This document shows positions 56,144 through 64,000 of a DNA stretch of 64,000 nt, one piece after another. Positions within the stretch are counted from its first letter, which is position 1, and each line of letters starts with the position of its first letter. Under the pieces are notes generated by a model. It did no database searches, was not told where the DNA came from, and saw only the letters and a program-made list of their open reading frames with translations. The position numbers and the translations under genes are program-made. The stretch lies in the NCBI GenBank assembly GCA_964420875.1, contig CAYQUK010000001.1, positions 9,946-73,945 on the forward strand. Direction: 5' to 3'. This stretch comes from an uncultured Candidatus Saccharibacteria bacterium. GTDB taxonomy: Bacteria; Patescibacteriota; Minisyncoccia; Phycocordibacterales; UBA5272.

Positions 56144-59100
56144 ATGCAAAAAAGTGTCGCCACACTTCCAAAAAAGACTTTCTCGAAATACAGAAAGCCA
56201 TTAGCAGATTTACCAAACCTAGTCGAAAATCAATTGATGTCTTATAAGACACTCATCGACAGAGACATTCCTGAAATATTCAAAGAGTTTAGCCCTATAA
56301 AGGACTACTCGGAGAAAAAGTTTGAACTTGAGTTCCTTTCTTTTGAGATCTCAAGTCCAAAATATGACGAAGTTCACGCAAAGGAGAACAAGTTGACCTA
56401 TGAAGCCCCAATGCGTGTCAAGTTGCGTCTTAAAAATAAGATTTTAAATACAACAAAAGAGCAAGAGATATTCATGGCGGATTTTCCACTCATGACTGTT
56501 CACGGTACATTTATCGTTAACGGTGTTGAGCGTGTAGTAGTGCCACAGCTTGCTAGATCATTCGGTGTTTTCTTTGACGCTGATGAGATCAAGGGTCATA
56601 GATATTTCGGTGCCAAGATCATACCATCTCGTGGTGTGTGGGCAGAGGTATTGTCAGAGCCTGACAATCAGATGTCAGTTCGTATCGACAAAAAGAGAAA
56701 GTTCGGTATCGTTCCTATGCTACGCGCTATGGGATTCGGTTCTGATGATGCTATTGTCAATGCATTTGTATCTGATGAAGCAAAAGCATATGTAAAAAGC
56801 TTGCTAGAAAAGGACTTGATAAAGACTTCTCATGAGGCTTATGTTGAGATATACAAACGTTTGCGTGATGGTGACATGGCAACACCAGAGAATGCAAAAG
56901 AGTATTTTGACACTCTATTTTCAGCCGAGAGATATGACCTCTCGCCTGTTGGACGTTTCCGTTTCAACAAGAGATTTGGAATGCCTTTAGAAGGTAAAGA
57001 TTCTGAGCGTCGCACTCTTTCAAAAGAGGACGTTGTTAAGATAATCGAGCATGTTATCACACTCAATGCTACAACAAATGCGGTAGAGGACGATATCGAT
57101 CACCTCGGATCAAGCCGTGTACGTTTTGTAGGAGAAATGATGGCCGCAAAGGTGCGCACAGGTATGACACAGATGAAGAGAAATATTCAGGATAAGATGT
57201 CAGTTATCGATACAGATACAACATTGCCAGTATCTATTGTAAATCAGAGACCACTACAGGCTCGTATCAAAGAGTTCTTTACGACAAATCAATTGTCACA
57301 GTTCATGAATCAGGAGAACTTGCTAGCAGAGGTAGAGCATCTACGCACTTTGTCAGCCCTCGGTCCCGGCGGTCTCACTCGTGAGCGTGCAGGATTCGAA
57401 GTTCGTGACGTGCATACATCACACTATGGCCGCGTATGTCCAATTCACACACCAGAAGGTCCAAATATCGGTCTAATATTGCGTCAGTCTAACTATGCTC
57501 GTATTAATGATTTCGGTATTATCGAGTCACCATATGTAAAGGTAAAGGCAGGCAAGATTACAAAAGAGATAGTTTATATGAATGCATTGGAGGAGGAGAA
57601 ACATGTTATCGCTCCAGCGTCAGTAGAGTACGGCAAAGACATGATTATAATAGGTGAAAGAGTGCCAGCTCGTAGATATGCTCAGCCAGCTATCGTTGAT
57701 GTTTTGGATGTTGAGTATGTGGATGTTGCCACAAATCAGGCGTATTCTATTGCTACATCTATGATCCCATTCTTAGAGCATGACGATGCGAATCGTGCGC
57801 TCATGGGTTCAAACATGCAACGTCAAGCAGTACCACTCATTATTCCAGAGGCACCATATGTGTCTACTGGTATGGAGGCAGAGGCTGCAAAAAATATCGG
57901 CCGCCTAATATATGCTGATGAGGACGGAGTTGTGACTCATGTTGATGCTGACTCTGTAGTTGTTAAGAGTGGTAAAGTAGAAAAAGAATACAAACTCATT
58001 ACTTTTGCTCGTACAAATGCATTTAATATTTTCCACCAAAGACCAGTAGTTGATAAGGGGCAAGAAGTTAAAAAGGGAGATCTGCTCGCTGACTCAGCGA
58101 CATCAGACAATGGGCAGATAGCATTGGGACAAAATGTTCGTGTTGCATTCATGACTTGGAACGGTGCAAATTACGAGGATGCGATTATTATCTCGGAGAG
58201 ATTAGTAAAAGAAAGCAAATTTACTTCTATTCACATTGAGGAGCTGGTTTGTAATGTTCGTGATACAAAGCTAGGTGTTGAGGTTACTACTCACGACATA
58301 CCAAATGTTGGAGAGGTAAAACTACGCAACCTAGATGAGGACGGTATTATCCGTGTTGGTGCTGAGATCAGACCAGGAGATATTTTGGTTGGTAAGATCA
58401 CACCAAAGGGTGAGACAGAGTTAACTCCAGAGGAGAGATTGCTCCGTTCTATTTTCGGTGAGAAAGTGCGTGATGTAAAAGACTCATCACTGCGCCTCGA
58501 TAATGGTAAACGTGGACGTGTTATCGGTGTAAAAGTATTCTCAAGAGAAAGAGGGGACAATCTAGAGAGTGGTATAGTAAAACGTATACATATTGAAATA
58601 GCTCAGACTAGAAATATTACTGTCGGAGACAAATTAGCGGGACGTCATGGTAACAAAGGTGTTATATCACGTGTGTTACCAATAGAGGAGATGCCGTACA
58701 TGGCTGACGGTACACCTATTGATATCATATTGACTCCACTCGGTGTGCCATCACGTATGAATCTTGGACAAATACTAGAGATGCACTTAGGTCATGCCGC
58801 AGAGACTCTCGGTTATCAGGCTGTGGTGCCATCATTCCAAGGTGCAACAGTAGAAGAGATACAAACAGAACTCGAAAAGTCTGGTATGGACAAATCAGGA
58901 ACAGTTACACTGTTCGACGGACGCACAGGTGAAGAGTTTGAAAAACCTATTGCAGTTGGAACTATGTATATGTTGAAACTCCATCACATGGTTGAAGATA
59001 AAATACATCAACGTTCAATCGGTCCATACTCACTCATCACACAACAACCACTCGGTGGAAAGGCTCAAGGTGGAGGTCAGAGATTTGGAGAAATGGAGGT

Positions 59101-59350
59101 GTGGGCTCTCGAGGGATACGGTGCTGCAAATGTACTAAGAGAAATGCTCACTATTAAATCAGACGATATAGAGGGTCGTGCTGCGGCGTTCGATAGTATT
59201 ATTAAAGGTGAAGATATGGGTGAGCCAGGAACTCCTGCATCATTCATAGTGATGCTCAACACTCTTCGCGGTTTAGGTTTTGATGTTATACCAAAAGGTC
59301 AAAACTTACCAGAAGAAAAACTTATTGGTGAGGACGTTATTAATGATTAA
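56144..59350 (+). CDS. rpoB: DNA-directed RNA polymerase subunit beta
   Basis: 1068 aa with canonical RpoB blocks (e.g. GDKLAGRHGNKGVIS, NMQRQAVPL). Confidence 0.95.
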   Translation: MQKSVATLPKKTFSKYRKPLADLPNLVENQLMSYKTLIDRDIPEIFKEFSPIKDYSEKKFELEFLSFEISSPKYDEVHAKENKLTYEAPMRVKLRLKNKILNTTKEQEIFMADFPLMTVHGTFIVNGVERVVVPQLARSFGVFFDADEIKGHRYFGAKIIPSRGVWAEVLSEPDNQMSVRIDKKRKFGIVPMLRAMGFGSDDAIVNAFVSDEAKAYVKSLLEKDLIKTSHEAYVEIYKRLRDGDMATPENAKEYFDTLFSAERYDLSPVGRFRFNKRFGMPLEGKDSERRTLSKEDVVKIIEHVITLNATTNAVEDDIDHLGSSRVRFVGEMMAAKVRTGMTQMKRNIQDKMSVIDTDTTLPVSIVNQRPLQARIKEFFTTNQLSQFMNQENLLAEVEHLRTLSALGPGGLTRERAGFEVRDVHTSHYGRVCPIHTPEGPNIGLILRQSNYARINDFGIIESPYVKVKAGKITKEIVYMNALEEEKHVIAPASVEYGKDMIIIGERVPARRYAQPAIVDVLDVEYVDVATNQAYSIATSMIPFLEHDDANRALMGSNMQRQAVPLIIPEAPYVSTGMEAEAAKNIGRLIYADEDGVVTHVDADSVVVKSGKVEKEYKLITFARTNAFNIFHQRPVVDKGQEVKKGDLLADSATSDNGQIALGQNVRVAFMTWNGANYEDAIIISERLVKESKFTSIHIEELVCNVRDTKLGVEVTTHDIPNVGEVKLRNLDEDGIIRVGAEIRPGDILVGKITPKGETELTPEERLLRSIFGEKVRDVKDSSLRLDNGKRGRVIGVKVFSRERGDNLESGIVKRIHIEIAQTRNITVGDKLAGRHGNKGVISRVLPIEEMPYMADGTPIDIILTPLGVPSRMNLGQILEMHLGHAAETLGYQAVVPSFQGATVEEIQTELEKSGMDKSGTVTLFDGRTGEEFEKPIAVGTMYMLKLHHMVEDKIHQRSIGPYSLITQQPLGGKAQGGGQRFGEMEVWALEGYGAANVLREMLTIKSDDIEGRAAAFDSIIKGEDMGEPGTPASFIVMLNTLRGLGFDVIPKGQNLPEEKLIGEDVIND

Positions 59351-59370
59351 TCAAAACTCCATATAAAAAT

Positions 59371-62300
59371 ATGAAAACAATCAATGCAACAAATGTCGAC
59401 GCTCGTGAGATAAAAGTAGCGTCACCAGAAGCAATACGTGGGTGGAGTTTTGGTGAAGTCACAAAGCCGGAGACTATCAATTATCGTACAGGACGCAGCG
59501 AGAGATACGGTCTATTTGATGAGCGTATCTTTGGACCTGAGAAAGATTACGAGTGTTACTGTGGTAAATATCGCCGTATCAGATACAAGGGTATAATCTG
59601 TGAGAAATGTGGAGTAGAGGTAACAAAGTCTATTGTTCGTCGTGAGCGTATGGGTCATATTGAGCTAGCTGTTCCTGTGGCTCATATTCTTTTCCTTCGC
59701 AATGTACCATCTCGTATCGCTATGGTTATCGGTGAGACTTTGACTAACGTTGAAAAAGTAGTTTATTTCTCGGGATACATCATTACTAATGTAAATGAGT
59801 CTCAAAAAGAAGAGGTTATTAAAAATCTTGAGAGCGAGTTCAAGGCGAAAATCAAATCTGCAACAGATGAGAAAACTCGTGAGAGATTGCAAGAGCTGAT
59901 GGATGCTGCTAAAAAAGAAATAGCAGAGCTACGCCCTTGGAAAATCCTTGATGAGGTGGTGTATCACAGGTACGCAATGAAATACGGCGCATGTTTTGAT
60001 GCAAAGATAGGCGCAGAGGCATTGTATGAAGTGTTCAAGGCTATAAATTTAGATGACTTGGAAAAAACTCTAACTGCAAATGTTGAGAAGGCTGGATCAG
60101 TAGAAAGAGAGAAACTTGAAAAAAGACTTTCACTTGTTCGTGCATTTAAAAATGCAGGTATCAGACCTGAGTGGATGATGATGACGGCATTACCAGTGAT
60201 ACCTCCAGGTATACGCCCTATGGTTGCCCTTGAGGGTGGACGTCATGCAACATCAGATGTGAATGACCTTTATCGTCGCGTTATCAATCGTAACAATCGT
60301 CTAAAGAAATTGATGGAGATTGATGCTCCGGATGTTATCTTGCGTAATGAGAAGCGTATTTTGCAGGAGGCCGTTGATGCTCTTATTGATAACTCTGCTC
60401 GTCATGGTGATGCCGCAGTAGCATTGACTGGTCAAAAGAGAGTTCTAAAGTCACTGTCAGACAACTTGAAAGGTAAACAAGGTTTGCTACGTGGAAATCT
60501 ACTCGGTAAACGTGTGGACTATTCAGCTCGTTCAGTTATTGTGGTTGGTCCAGACTTGTCACTCGCTGAGTGTGGTCTGCCTAAAAACATGGCACTCGAG
60601 CTATTCCGTCCATTTGTTGTATCTAAACTTATCGAACGTGAGTTAGCGTTTAATATTCGTGGCGCTAACAAGCTTGTCGAGGATGGTATACCAGAAGTGT
60701 GGGCGATACTTGAAGAGGTTATCGAAGGCAAATATGTATTGCTCAATCGTGCGCCAACTTTGCACAGACTAGGTATACAGGCATTCCGCCCAAGACTGAT
60801 AGAGGGTAAAGCTATACAGCTACATCCACTAGTGTGTGAGGCGTTCAACGCGGACTTTGATGGAGACCAAATGGCGGTACATCTTCCACTTTCTGTTGCT
60901 TCACAGCAAGAGGCTCGTGAGTTGATGGCGGCAGATAGAAATCTATTAAAACCAGGATCTGGAGAGTCTATTGTTACTCCTCGTATGGATATGGTACTCG
61001 GTGCATATTGGATGACAACTATTGTTGAAGGTGAAAAAGGTGAAGGTAAATATTTTGCATCACCAAATGAAGCTATCACTGCTCACGATTTTGATATCGT
61101 AGGCTATAGAGCAAAGATAACAATAATGCCTAGTGATAAAGAGAAATATGCAGCATTCGAGGGTAAGCCATTTGAGACGACTGTCGGTAGATTGCTTTTT
61201 AATGCAATATTCCCAAATGATTACGCATATATTAACGAAGAGGTAGATAAAAAAAGAGTCAACAAAATACTTGATGACGTGTTTGCTAGATACGGAGTAT
61301 CTGGTGCCCCTGTTATTATCGACAAGATAAAAGCTTTCGGATTCAAATACGCGACAATCTCAGGAACAACATGGAGTCTGACTGCTGTAGAGCAACCAAA
61401 AGAAAAAGCTCCACTAGTTGCAAAAGGATGGAAGAAAGTTGCTGATATCGAGGAGAATTATAATGATGGTCTTTTGTCGGAAGATGAGAAACATGTCAAG
61501 ACTATTGAGGTGTGGCAAGCTATTAGAAAGGAGATACAAGAAGTGTTGGAGCAAAAACTAAAAGGTAGTCGCAGCTCGGTCTCAGACTTGATCACTTCAG
61601 GTGCTCGTGGACAAGTGTCACAGCTGATTCAGCTTGCAGGTATGAAGGGTATTATGGTTAACAACTCAGGAGGACAAATGGAGTTCCCTGTTATCGGATC
61701 GAATATCGAAGGGTTTACACCACTGGAGTACTTTATTACTACATACGGAGCTCGTAAAGGTAACTCAGATACAGCGCTTAAAACTGCTCAAGCTGGATAT
61801 CTTACACGTCGTTTAGTAGATGTTGCTCAAGATGCCATCATCACAGAAGACGATTGTGGTACAACAAAATCAAAACTATTTACTCGTAAAAATGTACTTG
61901 GTAATGATATATCATTAGCTAAAGCAGTTCGTGGACGTATATTAGCGGAAGATTTGACAGTGGGAGAAAAGAAATTTAAAAAAGGCGATCTCATTTCAAC
62001 AAAAGACGCTATTGATATCGAGAACAGCAATGTGGAGTCAGCTCGTGTCTATACTCCTATCATGTGTGAGTCATTGCACGGCGTGTGTCGTAAATGTTAC
62101 GGACTAGATATGGGTCGCTCAAAGATGGTGGACATGGGTGAGGCGGTTGGTATCGTCGCTGCTCAGGCTATCGGTGAGCCGGGTACACAGCTAACAATGC
62201 GTACATTCCACTCTGGAGGTGTGGCTGGTACAGATATCACTCAAGGTCTACCACGTGTTGAGGAGATTTTCGAGCGTCGCGCTCCAAAGTCGCCAGCTGT

Positions 62301-62970
62301 TGTTGCTCATGAGAACGGTGAAGTGTTTGAGATCAGAGTAGAAAAAGGTCAAAAGACTATTGTTATACTAATGGATGAGAATGAGTCAAAAGGTAACAAA
62401 AAAGGAAAATTGGTAGAGTATGAGGTATTGCCACGTCGTACACCGCTTATCAAAAAAGGCGACAGAGTCATGAAGGGTCAGATACTAACTGACGGATCTG
62501 CTGACATCGAAGAGGTGTTCAAATACGCTGGCCGTGAGGCTGCTGAGGACTATATCGTCCAAGAGATCTTGAAAGTATACGAGCTTCAAGGCGCATCTAT
62601 CAGTCGTAAACATATCGAAGTTATCATCAAGCAGATGACTGGTCGTGTGAAGATACAAAAGCCAGGTGCTAGTAGATTTAGCCAAGGAGATGTTATCGAG
62701 ATCTCAAAGTTTAGAGGTGAAAATAACAACAACAAAGCTATGGGTGGTGAAGAGGCTTTGGCGACACCAATGATACTTGGTGTGTCAGATGTAGCTCTCA
62801 CAACCACATCTTGGCTATCTAGTGCTTCATTCCAAAACACTACTCGTGTATTGATAGCGGCTTCTACAAAAGGTCAGGTAGACGATCTACGTGGTCTCAA
62901 GGAGAATGTTATTATCGGTAAGCTGATCCCAGCTGGTACAGGTATCAGAGGGCTCGAGGGTAATAATTAA
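59371..62970 (+). CDS. rpoC: DNA-directed RNA polymerase subunit beta'
   Basis: Zn-finger [32 protein letters not shown] catalytic loop. 1199 aa. Confidence 0.95.
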   Translation: MKTINATNVDAREIKVASPEAIRGWSFGEVTKPETINYRTGRSERYGLFDERIFGPEKDYECYCGKYRRIRYKGIICEKCGVEVTKSIVRRERMGHIELAVPVAHILFLRNVPSRIAMVIGETLTNVEKVVYFSGYIITNVNESQKEEVIKNLESEFKAKIKSATDEKTRERLQELMDAAKKEIAELRPWKILDEVVYHRYAMKYGACFDAKIGAEALYEVFKAINLDDLEKTLTANVEKAGSVEREKLEKRLSLVRAFKNAGIRPEWMMMTALPVIPPGIRPMVALEGGRHATSDVNDLYRRVINRNNRLKKLMEIDAPDVILRNEKRILQEAVDALIDNSARHGDAAVALTGQKRVLKSLSDNLKGKQGLLRGNLLGKRVDYSARSVIVVGPDLSLAECGLPKNMALELFRPFVVSKLIERELAFNIRGANKLVEDGIPEVWAILEEVIEGKYVLLNRAPTLHRLGIQAFRPRLIEGKAIQLHPLVCEAFNADFDGDQMAVHLPLSVASQQEARELMAADRNLLKPGSGESIVTPRMDMVLGAYWMTTIVEGEKGEGKYFASPNEAITAHDFDIVGYRAKITIMPSDKEKYAAFEGKPFETTVGRLLFNAIFPNDYAYINEEVDKKRVNKILDDVFARYGVSGAPVIIDKIKAFGFKYATISGTTWSLTAVEQPKEKAPLVAKGWKKVADIEENYNDGLLSEDEKHVKTIEVWQAIRKEIQEVLEQKLKGSRSSVSDLITSGARGQVSQLIQLAGMKGIMVNNSGGQMEFPVIGSNIEGFTPLEYFITTYGARKGNSDTALKTAQAGYLTRRLVDVAQDAIITEDDCGTTKSKLFTRKNVLGNDISLAKAVRGRILAEDLTVGEKKFKKGDLISTKDAIDIENSNVESARVYTPIMCESLHGVCRKCYGLDMGRSKMVDMGEAVGIVAAQAIGEPGTQLTMRTFHSGGVAGTDITQGLPRVEEIFERRAPKSPAVVAHENGEVFEIRVEKGQKTIVILMDENESKGNKKGKLVEYEVLPRRTPLIKKGDRVMKGQILTDGSADIEEVFKYAGREAAEDYIVQEILKVYELQGASISRKHIEVIIKQMTGRVKIQKPGASRFSQGDVIEISKFRGENNNNKAMGGEEALATPMILGVSDVALTTTSWLSSASFQNTTRVLIAASTKGQVDDLRGLKENVIIGKLIPAGTGIRGLEGNN

Positions 62971-62997
62971 TATAATAAATAGCTGTTTTTTATAAAT

Positions 62998-63027
62998 AAA
63001 GCCGCCCCTTCGGGGCGGCTTTATTTC
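62998..63027 (+). terminator. Rho-independent terminator after rpoC
   Basis: aaagccgcccc-ttcg-gggcggcttt plus T-run. Confidence 0.8.
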
Positions 63028-63065
63028 TGTCTTGATATCTACATTCTGAGTGTTATAATTAAAAA

Positions 63066-63386
63066 ATGGACGTAAATGAAGAATTTATGAATAAATTTGT
63101 AGAGCAAGTTGGGGGACTTGTTGAAACAAAATTAACACAATCTCGAAACGAGTATGGTGTAATGTTGGAACAAAAAATGGACGAGTTTAGAATATATCAA
63201 GACCAGCTCAATACTATGAGTAGTAAGTTGGATGCGGTAATAAAAGATGTCTCGGAAATTAAAAGTGACATTGTTGAAATGAAAAACGATATTCATGATT
63301 TGAAACAAGATAACAAACAAATAAAAGAATATCTGATGACCAATCTCGAGCCTCGTGTAAATATTCTAGAAAGCGTTGTTGCTTAG
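63066..63386 (+). CDS. Hypothetical coiled-coil protein
   Basis: 106 aa, heptad-rich, no TM. Confidence 0.35.
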   Translation: MDVNEEFMNKFVEQVGGLVETKLTQSRNEYGVMLEQKMDEFRIYQDQLNTMSSKLDAVIKDVSEIKSDIVEMKNDIHDLKQDNKQIKEYLMTNLEPRVNILESVVA

Positions 63387-63399
63387 TTAAACAAAATAT

Positions 63400-63660
63400 A
63401 TGAAATTAAATAATAATAAAATTTTACTCGTTACAATTACTGTTTTAATTCTTGTTTCTTTAGCATATCTCTTTTTGAAAGCCAGTTGTAACGACACAAT
63501 TTTATTTGTTCCTAAGGGTGAAAAAGTTGGATTTAATTTAGTTGACACATCTTATTACACAAATGGCAAACACGAAGAAAATAACTTTTTTAATTTAATA
63601 AAATTTGCAACAAGAGAAGAAGCTGCTACAAGTTGCGTTTACTCTAAGCTAGGTTTTTAA
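63400..63660 (+). CDS. Hypothetical small secreted/membrane-anchored protein
   Basis: 86 aa with an N-terminal hydrophobic segment. Confidence 0.35.
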   Translation: MKLNNNKILLVTITVLILVSLAYLFLKASCNDTILFVPKGEKVGFNLVDTSYYTNGKHEENNFFNLIKFATREEAATSCVYSKLGF

Positions 63661-63666
63661 AATCTT

Positions 63667-64000
63667 GAAAGAAGAAATAGTAAAACGTTGGTACGAAAAA
63701 GCAGAGGATGAGGATGTGCCGATGGATAAATTTATTTGTTACTGGATCTCTTTTAACTGTTTTTTTAGAATTAAGCCATCGGCAAAAGGAGAAAGAATGG
63801 TTATAGAGGAACTTTCAAAAGATCAAATATTTTTATCCTATTTTACAGAGGGTATAGACGAAAGCCTTTTTAAGTATATAAAAGTAAAAGAACATAACAA
63901 GGGTTTTGTGCAAGATTTAAGACATAAATTAGGTACGCAAAAGGAGATTGAAAACAGGGCGACGTATGACAAGGTGTCAGATTTAAAACAGTTTTTATTC
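63667..64000 (+). CDS. Partial hypothetical protein (runs off the window end)
   Basis: Open frame ...EEIVKRWYEKAEDEDVPMDKFICYWISFNCFFRIKPSAKGERMVIEEL... with no stop before 64000. Start is uncertain (TTG 63667 or ATG about 63730). Confidence 0.3.

Noticed and set aside
1-64000. CRISPR array or cas genes
   Set aside because: No short direct repeats with regular spacing and no Cas-like ORFs were found anywhere in the window.
1-64000. Alternative genetic code (UGA=Gly, code 25) as in some CPR lineages
   Set aside because: rpoB (1068 aa), rpoC (1199 aa), valS, ligA and others are uninterrupted under the standard code, and TGA is used as a stop (e.g. the 47421 peptide).

Overview
The window is low-GC (about 38%), tightly packed, and mostly single-strand. 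It looks like a reduced Patescibacteria/CPR-type genome with standard genetic code (rpoB and rpoC are uninterrupted).

Main content, in order:
- An O-antigen-ligase-like/TPR membrane protein, tsaD, DoxX, rlmH, tRNA-Val, a DUF192 gene, and RNase P RNA abutting it.
- murJ, lepA, an FtsB-like protein and a glutaredoxin.
- Two anomalous GC-rich islets (about 10.0-11.3 kb and 12.5-13.0 kb) flanking a tRNA-Arg / small gene / tRNA-Phe / hsp20 segment, then valS.
- A bacterial SET-domain lysine methyltransferase, a 643-aa orphan coiled-coil protein, and a 50-aa histone-H1-like KKAAK-repeat protein.
- A complete secretin-less type IV pilus locus: pilM-N-O-(P)-B-T-C, two tandem major pilins, pilD and four minor pilins.
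- ligA, gatC and gatA.
- A membrane protein with thrombospondin-type-3-like Ca-binding repeats and a C-terminal HEPN-like R-N-xxx-H domain.
- An initiator tRNA-fMet and a second CAU tRNA.
- A glycolysis / pentose-phosphate block: gap, rpiB, rpe-like, split transketolase, a pfkB-family kinase, fba and malic enzyme.
- TerC, Bcp, and a repair mini-cluster (HhH-GPD glycosylase, Nudix, Ogt); tgt lacking its Zn cysteines.
- gltX, a pta-like gene, and a GT2-GT32-GT4-epimerase surface-glycan cluster.
- A nitroreductase, then a roughly 470-nt non-coding region with its own terminator upstream of rpoB-rpoC.
- Three small unknown ORFs at the 3' end.

No CRISPR array, integrase or transposase was seen.

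Most interesting candidates: the SET / orphan / histone-like trio, the transmembrane TSP3-HEPN protein, the GC-rich islets next to tRNA genes, and the structured non-coding region upstream of rpoB.
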